32,000 nt of DNA from Edaphobacter aggregans (GTDB lineage: Bacteria; Acidobacteriota; Terriglobia; Terriglobales; Acidobacteriaceae): contig NZ_RSDW01000001.1 in NCBI RefSeq assembly GCF_003945235.1, positions 3,930,001-3,962,000 of the forward strand, written 5' to 3'. The number at the start of each line of letters is the position of its first letter. The first letter of the stretch is position 1. A model generated the notes under the pieces. It was not told the DNA's origin and made no database searches. It saw nothing but the letters and a program-made list of their open reading frames with translations. The translations under genes were made by a program, and so were the position numbers. Positions 1-5,497 of the stretch are shown piece after piece.

Positions 1-5
1 ATCAA

Positions 6-284
6 GTGAAACGGATTTTGATCAGAATAGTGGTAGGGCTGGCTTTGGCGTTGGCGGTGGTGTATCTGGGAGACCTGTTGGTCTGGCGGGTGCGAGTGGG
101 GATGGGCGGCGGCATGGGGAAGACGCAAGTGAGCCGGTTTGTGGTCGCTCCGCTGAAGGGAAATAAGGAGGAGTACTACTTCGACGGGACGACCATGGTG
201 GATTGCAGCCGGTCGCTGTTTCCGCAGGCGGGGAGTGGGGCTTGCTGGTGGCTGGAGCGGCATCATGTGGTTTATGAGCGGTGA
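6..284 (+). CDS. small membrane-anchored hypothetical protein (92 aa)
   Basis: GTG-start ORF with an N-terminal hydrophobic helix (IRIVVGLALALAVVYLGDLLVW). Its GC-rich third positions match the neighbouring genes. No family recognised. It lies at the window edge, so the true start could be upstream. Confidence 0.45.
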   Translation: MKRILIRIVVGLALALAVVYLGDLLVWRVRVGMGGGMGKTQVSRFVVAPLKGNKEEYYFDGTTMVDCSRSLFPQAGSGACWWLERHHVVYER

Positions 285-304
285 CGGGGTCGGAAAAGAG
301 CATA

Positions 305-440
305 CCCCAGGGGCTGAAGTCCCTTTCCTTTTGCGGGGTAGAGAGGCCCAAGGCTGAAGCCTTGGGGTACCTAGAGGCAAAGGCAACAGCAAAGGCAAGA
401 GCAGATCCCCTTCGGGGATGACAAACAAAAAGGCAACGGC
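305..440 (+). repeat. intergenic multi-hairpin repeat cluster, copy A (GCTGAAGC-loop hairpins plus GCAAAGGCAA-type direct repeats)
   Basis: Hairpin AGGGGC-TGAA-GTCCCT lies at 309-324. A perfect 8-bp hairpin CCCAAGGC-TGAA-GCCTTGGG lies at 347-366. Tandem gcaaaggcaa(c/g)agca repeats lie at about 377-403. Hairpin ATCCCC-ttc-GGGGAT lies at 405-419. The first two modules recur with similar spacing at 16412-16466. Confidence 0.6.
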
Positions 441-497
441 TTAGAGCTGGATGCCTGGGTGCGATATGGCTTAGGGGCTGGGTGGAGAACAGGGGAG

Positions 498-2417
498 CTA
501 GGTGGAGGCCTTTTGGGTTGGGAAGGGGGATGGGTGCGCGGTGGGGGTTGTGGACAGGACTCGCCAGAGGATGGCGCCTAGCAGGGGAAGGACGGCGACG
601 ATCACGAAGGCCGAAGGTCCGCCCTCTCCCAGGTTGAGAAGTCGGGTGATAGTTGGAGAGGTTATGGCGGTGATCAGAGCCCAGGCGAAGGTGCAGACTC
701 CAGCGAAGAAGGCGGTGTGTCGTCTGGGAAGCATGGCTATGCCGTCGGAGAGGGCCATGATGATGAATCCGGCGCCGAGGAACATCTGGCAGGCGAGGAG
801 GGGTACGGCCATGTCCAGTCTGTAACTTCTGAGAGCTGTCATCTGTAAGGGGACGAGAAGGAGTCCGGCGATCGAGAGGATGAAGAAGATGAGGCCGGGA
901 CGAGTGCCGCGTGGTTGGAGGTGGTCGGCTAATTTGCCGAAGAAGAGATAGCCGGCGATCAGGCCTGCTGATGTGAGCCAGAATATGAAGCTGCGGCTCT
1001 CGATGCGTATCGATGCGATTCGCGCGGAGTAGGAGAAGACGAAGGCAACGGGAATTGCTCCGAAGCTGTAGACAGCGACGTTAGCGAAGAAATTGCGCGC
1101 CCAGCGGGATTCTTCGGTGGCTTGGGGTGGGGATGAGCCGGACTGGGAGATGGTGGCTCGCAGCATGAGCCAGAAGATGATCCAGACGATGCTCAGCAGG
1201 GCTGCGAAGGTGCAGGCGAAACGCCAGGAGAAGCGTATGGCGATCGGTATGAAGATGGGAGCAGCGAACACGGTTGCAAGCGGACCTCCCGTATAGGCGA
1301 TGCCGAGGCCGACGGCGCGACGGGTGGCGGGAAGGGTGTCGACGACGGCCTTGACGGCAGCGGGGACGGTTGCGGCGATGCCGAGGCCAAGGATGCTGTG
1401 AGCGAGAATGAGTCTGGTAGGGCTTTGCGACAGTCCATGGCTCGCTAAGGCGAGCGACCAGATGACAATGGCGCTGAGTGTAGGGAGCCAGAGGCCAGCG
1501 CGATCCATCCATAGTCCCCAGAAGGGACTGGCGAGCATATAGAGGATGCTGAAGCCGAGGAGTGCGAGGCCTTGTTGTTCGGAGGTCAAATCGTCAACAA
1601 AAAATCCTGAATAGAGGAGGCTGAAGATGTTTCGGCCTGAGTAGCTGAGGAATGTCAGCAGAAGCATTGCGACGCAAGGCGCCCATTGTTGGAAGGCTGA
1701 GGTGGATGGAAGGGTGATCTCCTGCGGTGGGGGCGAGGGAGTTGTAACGGGGATGTTTGTTGGGGTGGGCTTGGCTTCGATATGGACGGGAGGTGCTTGA
1801 GGTGGGAGTGGGTCAGGGGTGATTTTGTAGTTGGGGGCGATGAACGATGGTGCGGGGGATTGCTCTGGTTTGTTTTTTTTGATGGCCTTCGGCTTGGGTT
1901 CGGGCTTGGGTTCGGGCTTTGGTTTGGTGGCTGGTTCTTCGTGGACTGGTTTGGGCGCTTCGGGTTGGCGATGTGGGGGCTCGATAATCGGTTGTGGAGG
2001 GGTTTGCTGACGAGGCAGCTCGACGTTCGGGTTGACGGCCAGGTTGCTGAGGAGGATGCGAAGGCCTCGGGCGTAGTCGGTCCGGAAGTCGACGTGTTGA
2101 TAGGGGCGGAGGCGAAAGGGGATTTTGCATTCGCGATAGAGGACAGGGATGACGGTCTTGTGCTCCTCGAGGGCGAAGGAGATTTCGTCGTCGACGTTGG
2201 TGGAGTCGACGGATGAAGGAGAGAGGATCACGAGTATGCGTGGAGAGGCGGTTAAGGCATCCTGCACGGAGCGGGCCCAGCGTTCGCCGGGTTTGATGTC
2301 GAGTTGATCCAGCCACACGGTAGCTCCGGCGGACTTCAGGTCTTCGGCGAGCCGAAGCGCGAAGTCGGAATCGTCACGGGAGTAACTGACGAAGGTTGCC
2401 TGTGGCTCTGCCGCCAA
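498..2417 (-). CDS. TIR domain / Pro-Lys-Glu-rich linker / 12-TM MFS-type transporter fusion protein (639 aa)
   Basis: TTG start at 2417 is preceded by AAGGAG (2425-2430) with a 7-nt spacer. The N-terminus has a TIR_2-like pattern (TFVSYSRDD...ILVILSPSSVDSTNVDDEISFA...VIPVLY). The linker contains KPKPEPKPEPKPK. The C-terminal half has 12 hydrophobic helices arranged 6+6, with MFS motif-A-like GLWMDRAG after TM2 and GKLADHLQPRG after TM8. Confidence 0.85.
   Translation of the reverse strand: MAAEPQATFVSYSRDDSDFALRLAEDLKSAGATVWLDQLDIKPGERWARSVQDALTASPRILVILSPSSVDSTNVDDEISFALEEHKTVIPVLYRECKIPFRLRPYQHVDFRTDYARGLRILLSNLAVNPNVELPRQQTPPQPIIEPPHRQPEAPKPVHEEPATKPKPEPKPEPKPKAIKKNKPEQSPAPSFIAPNYKITPDPLPPQAPPVHIEAKPTPTNIPVTTPSPPPQEITLPSTSAFQQWAPCVAMLLLTFLSYSGRNIFSLLYSGFFVDDLTSEQQGLALLGFSILYMLASPFWGLWMDRAGLWLPTLSAIVIWSLALASHGLSQSPTRLILAHSILGLGIAATVPAAVKAVVDTLPATRRAVGLGIAYTGGPLATVFAAPIFIPIAIRFSWRFACTFAALLSIVWIIFWLMLRATISQSGSSPPQATEESRWARNFFANVAVYSFGAIPVAFVFSYSARIASIRIESRSFIFWLTSAGLIAGYLFFGKLADHLQPRGTRPGLIFFILSIAGLLLVPLQMTALRSYRLDMAVPLLACQMFLGAGFIIMALSDGIAMLPRRHTAFFAGVCTFAWALITAITSPTITRLLNLGEGGPSAFVIVAVLPLLGAILWRVLSTTPTAHPSPFPTQKAST
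1891..1926 (-). repeat. 12-nt tandem repeat (about 3 copies) encoding the (PEPK)n linker
   Basis: ggcttgggttcg occurs at 1891-1902 and 1903-1914. A degenerate third copy, ggctttggtttg, lies at 1915-1926. On the minus strand these are in frame and encode KPEPKPEPKPK. Confidence 0.75.
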
Positions 2418-2615
2418 GGGTTGTCTCCTTATGCAGGAATTTCATAGTAGCTGATCCGGGTGGAATTCTCTTCCTATTGAGATTGATGTGGGAGCGGAAA
2501 TGTCCGACGTATGAATGGCTGCTCTTGAAGAATGTGGAGATTGAAACGGCTTAAGAGAACAACTTTTTGCGGGAAGCGGGTCATCAAAATTGTTGATGTC
2601 AGGAGTGATAGATCT

Positions 2616-3140
2616 ATGAAGAAACTTTTTGGACTGTTAGTTGTAGTGCTTCTTCTTTCTTTCCCAGCGTTAGCGCAGCATCCTGGCGGCGGCGGTCATC
2701 CGGGGGGCGGCGGGCATCCTGCTCCGGCGAATGGGCCTGCTGCGTATCACGGGGCGCCGCATGTTGAACCGAACCGTAACTTCAGCGATGCGCCGGGACA
2801 TCCGAATGTTCCTCATGTTCACCCGAACGGGGAGTGGATGGGACATGATGGCGGACCGAATGATGTGCACTATCATCTCGACCATCCGTGGGAGCATGGG
2901 CACTTTGTGGGTGGGTTTGGGCCTAGCCATGTTTGGCGTCTGTCTGGGGGCGGGCCGTCGCGATTCTGGTTTGGCGGATATTACTTTGGCGTGGCTCCGT
3001 ATGATCTGGCATACGTCAATGGCTGGAACTGGTACGGGGATGAGATTGTGATCTACGAGGATCCGGATCATCCGGGTTGGTATCTGGCCTATAACACTCG
3101 CCTGGGCACCTATGTGCACGTGCAGTATTTCGGAGCATAA
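2616..3140 (+). CDS. exported His/Gly-rich protein (174 aa precursor), possible periplasmic metal-binding protein
   Basis: I take the internal ATG at 2616, which has AGGAG at 2601-2605, as the start. The signal peptide is [21 protein letters not shown]. The mature part starts [14 protein letters not shown] and carries 17 His by hand count. The C-terminal part is aromatic-rich ([23 protein letters not shown]). Confidence 0.75.
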   Translation: MKKLFGLLVVVLLLSFPALAQHPGGGGHPGGGGHPAPANGPAAYHGAPHVEPNRNFSDAPGHPNVPHVHPNGEWMGHDGGPNDVHYHLDHPWEHGHFVGGFGPSHVWRLSGGGPSRFWFGGYYFGVAPYDLAYVNGWNWYGDEIVIYEDPDHPGWYLAYNTRLGTYVHVQYFGA

Positions 3141-3155
3141 CGGCCGATTCTGGTT

Positions 3156-3200
3156 GGGCTTCCTCTTCGCGACGATACTGCTGTCGCGAAGAGGAAGCCC
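3156..3200. terminator. bidirectional intrinsic terminator hairpin between convergent genes
   Basis: Perfect 18-bp stem: GGGCTTCCTCTTCGCGAC (3156-3173) pairs with GTCGCGAAGAGGAAGCCC (3183-3200), with a 9-nt loop. It sits between the stop at 3140 (+) and the stop at 3242 (-). Confidence 0.8.
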
Positions 3201-3241
3201 CTGATGATTTTGCTGCGATGATGCGTTCGATGCGGCCGCTG

Positions 3242-4081
3242 TCAGCAGCCGGTGAAGGAGACGAATGCTCCGAGCTGCGACGGCAGGGTTGGGTTAAAGG
3301 GTTCGAATGGGTAGGTCTTTGATGTGTCGAAGCCTGCGGTTGTGGCCGCGTTGAAGTCGACAAAGGGCAGGAGCGCGTTGACGGCCTGATCGATTGAGGT
3401 CCAGCAGAGGGTTCTTTCGTAGCCGTTGTTGTTGGGCGGGTCTACGCTTTCGGCGACTCCGCTGATGCCGGTGATGGTTTCGATGGGGCCTCCGAATTTT
3501 TTGGTGACGTCGGGGCCGACGACACGGGCCAGGGTGCGGTGGTCGCTCTCGATGCCCATGATGCGGGCTGCCGTGACTCGCAGGTTGCGCGTGCTGAAGT
3601 TGCGCACGCCGACCAGATAGGCTGCGATGAAGGCGTCTTCGAGGGTGACCAGGATGTTGAGAGTGGTCTGTGCGTCGGCGAACATGTTGGGGGGATAGAA
3701 GAAGGAGGTGAAGGGTGTGGGCTGGTCGGTTACGGATTGCTCGAGGAGGTAGTGGGACATCTCTTCCTGCAAGGCGGCGGCCAGATATCCCTGGTCGTCC
3801 GATGGAATCTTTTTGAAGAAGGGCGCGGTGTTGATGATGTTGCTGTAGGTGGTGACGGCGAGGGCTTCGGCGATCTCGGCTGCGACGAGGATGTCGCGGT
3901 CGCCCTTCTTTAGATGGTCCTTCTCGGCCTTCATCGTGTCGGCTTCTTCTTCCTGCTGGGCCGAGGCTGTGGTGATTAGTCCTCCGAATGCGGTGAGGCT
4001 GGTGGCTCCGGCGAGCGTGGCGCTCTTGAGGAAGGATCGTCTGGAGAATGCTGCGTGGTTTTGCTCGTTTGGTGCGTACAT
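3242..4081 (-). CDS. Tat-exported ferritin-like domain protein
   Basis: Twin-arginine signal (FSRRSFLKSATLAGATSLTAF...ASA). The body is helical and ferritin-like (DILVAAEIAEALAVTTYSNII, LQEEMSHYLLE, LEDAFIAAYL). The preferred start is the ATG at 4081, with AGGAG (4091-4095) and a 9-nt spacer (4082-4090). The ORF track's longer start is at 4117. Confidence 0.8.
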   Translation of the reverse strand: MYAPNEQNHAAFSRRSFLKSATLAGATSLTAFGGLITTASAQQEEEADTMKAEKDHLKKGDRDILVAAEIAEALAVTTYSNIINTAPFFKKIPSDDQGYLAAALQEEMSHYLLEQSVTDQPTPFTSFFYPPNMFADAQTTLNILVTLEDAFIAAYLVGVRNFSTRNLRVTAARIMGIESDHRTLARVVGPDVTKKFGGPIETITGISGVAESVDPPNNNGYERTLCWTSIDQAVNALLPFVDFNAATTAGFDTSKTYPFEPFNPTLPSQLGAFVSFTGC

Positions 4082-4212
4082 ATTGCGTCTCTCCTGTGTG
4101 AATTTCAGGAAAGTCATCCGTTGTCGTAAGTGGAAGTGGCCCGTGGCTACTTTCCTGGCTGGATGAGGTACGAGTCGAGATTTGGGAGTGGATTGGGCGT
4201 AGCAGAAAAATT

Positions 4213-4261
4213 ACAAATGCAGACTGATCGCGCTTTTTACGGCGTGAAGGCCTGCATTTGT
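4213..4261 (-). terminator. probable terminator downstream of the SIS gene
   Basis: A 10-bp stem pairs ACAAATGCAG (4213-4222) with CTGCATTTGT (4252-4261). On the minus strand it is followed by AATTTTTCTGC. The 29-nt loop is unusually large. Confidence 0.5.
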
Positions 4262-4268
4262 TTGCGGG

Positions 4269-5396
4269 TTATTCCTGGACTACGGCTTTGACGAGGTTGC
4301 GGGGATTGTCTACGTCGATGTTTCGGCCTATGGCCATGAAGTAGGCGAGGAGTTGCAGGGGGACGACTTCGTAAAGGGGGGAGATGTACTCGGCGCACTG
4401 CGGGACGTGGATGGTGTGGCGGCTGAGTTTGGCGATTTCGGTGTCGCCTTCGCTGACGATGGAGATGATCTCGGCTCCCTGCTTGTTCATGTCGCGGACG
4501 AGGTTGACGGTTTTTTCGTAGCGGAGGATGGAGTCGGGTGCGTGGGGGTCGCGGGTAGCGAGGACGACGAGCGGGGTGTTGCGGTCGACGAGGGCGTTGG
4601 GGCCGTGCTTGAGCTCGCCGGTGGGGTAGCCTTCGGCTTGAATGTAGGCGGACTCTTTGAGCTTGAGGGCGCCTTCGCGAGCGATGGGGTAGTGGACGCC
4701 GCGGCCGAGGAAGAGGAAGGACTCGGCGGAGTGGAGGGAGTTGGAGAGCTCGGCGACCTGGGTCTCCCAGCGGGGGAGTGCGGCTTCCATGGCGGCGGGG
4801 ACGGCGTAGAGCTCATGAAGGTAGGACTCGACGACGGCGCGGGTCATGCGGCCACGGACCCGTGCGGCGTAGAGAGAGAGCAGCGAGATGACTACGAGCT
4901 GGGTGGTGAAGCTTTTGGTGGCGGGGACGGCTCGCTCGATGCCGGCGAGGGTGGGGAGAGAGCAGCCGGCGAGCTTCGCCATGGTGGAGTTGGGCTTGTT
5001 GGTGATGGCGATGGTGGAGCTGCCGCGTGCGGTGGCCTCGCGGAGGGCTTCGGAGGTGTCGGCGGTTTCGCCGGATTGGGAGATGACGAGGAAGCAAGGG
5101 TTCTTGAGGGTTTGGGTGGAGCGGTAGATGTACTCGCTGGCGTATTCGACGTCGACGGCGATGCCTGCAAGATCTTCGAAGAGGATTTCGCCGACCAGGC
5201 CGGCGTGGCGGCTGGAGCCGCTGGCGGAGATGAGGAGACTCTCGCGGCCTACGAGGGCTTGGCGGGCGGCGACGAAGGTTTCTTCGCGGAGGCTGTTGCC
5301 GTCGGCGTAGGCGGCGAGAGTCTCGGTGATGGCTTGCGGCTGCTCGAAGATCTCGCGGAGCATGGCGTGGGGGAAGATTTTGTCCTTGGGAAGCAT
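4269..5396 (-). CDS. double-SIS-domain sugar-phosphate isomerase/deaminase (isomerase half of GlmS; AgaS / NagB-II / FrlB-like)
   Basis: 375 aa with no glutaminase domain. SIS motifs are present (LLISASGSSRHAG, FLVISQSGETADT). The GlmS-like C-terminus reads DVDNPRNLVKAVVQE. Confidence 0.88.
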   Translation of the reverse strand: MLPKDKIFPHAMLREIFEQPQAITETLAAYADGNSLREETFVAARQALVGRESLLISASGSSRHAGLVGEILFEDLAGIAVDVEYASEYIYRSTQTLKNPCFLVISQSGETADTSEALREATARGSSTIAITNKPNSTMAKLAGCSLPTLAGIERAVPATKSFTTQLVVISLLSLYAARVRGRMTRAVVESYLHELYAVPAAMEAALPRWETQVAELSNSLHSAESFLFLGRGVHYPIAREGALKLKESAYIQAEGYPTGELKHGPNALVDRNTPLVVLATRDPHAPDSILRYEKTVNLVRDMNKQGAEIISIVSEGDTEIAKLSRHTIHVPQCAEYISPLYEVVPLQLLAYFMAIGRNIDVDNPRNLVKAVVQE

Positions 5397-5450
5397 TGCT
5401 TGGTTTTACCTCATGGATCAGTCTAGTGATAAGTTTGGACGCCAAAAAGA

Positions 5451-5476
5451 ATGGTGCGGGAAAAATCCCGCACCAT
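5451..5476 (-). terminator. intrinsic terminator between the PIG-L and SIS genes
   Basis: Perfect 10-bp stem ATGGTGCGGG / CCCGCACCAT with a 6-nt loop. On the minus strand it is followed by TCTTTTTGG. Confidence 0.75.
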
Positions 5477-5497
5477 GGCTAACACTTTGCGCTTTCG

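Noticed and set aside
498-2417. Assignment of the TIR gene to a Thoeris, CBASS or Pycsar-type defence system
   Set aside because: No ThsA-like (SIR2/Macro/SLOG) gene, cyclase or other defence gene is present within the flanking 3 kb. The neighbours are a small membrane protein and a metal-type pair. It is kept only as a stand-alone TIR fusion.
2479-2544. 8-mer GAGATTGA, with adjacent TGTGG, repeated 58 bp apart in the TIR-MFS / His-rich divergent region
   Set aside because: A single repeated 8-mer in about 200 bp is within chance expectation. It has no palindromic structure.
2532-2615. Longer N-terminal extensions proposed by the ORF track: 2532 for the His-rich protein, 4117 for the ferritin-like protein, 16576 for the NTF2-like protein and 31841 for the DUF4337-like protein
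   Set aside because: For the first three, an internal ATG is preceded by a good SD (AGGAG or AAGGAG). That ATG also yields a proper signal peptide, Tat motif or family-typical N-terminus. For 31841 neither start has an SD, so that call stays tentative.
4353-5426. 357-aa plus-strand ORF covering the whole SIS gene in antisense
   Set aside because: Its composition is Gly/Val/Asp/Glu/Ala-rich and low-complexity (GVGG, EGLGG runs). It has no SD and no family pattern. It is fully nested opposite a gene with clear SIS/GlmS motifs. This is a typical antisense artefact of high-GC DNA.
5431-5445. AAGTTT half-site upstream of the SIS gene, considered as a third ROK operator
   Set aside because: Only one half of the palindrome is present, and no matching AAACTT arm lies at the right spacing.
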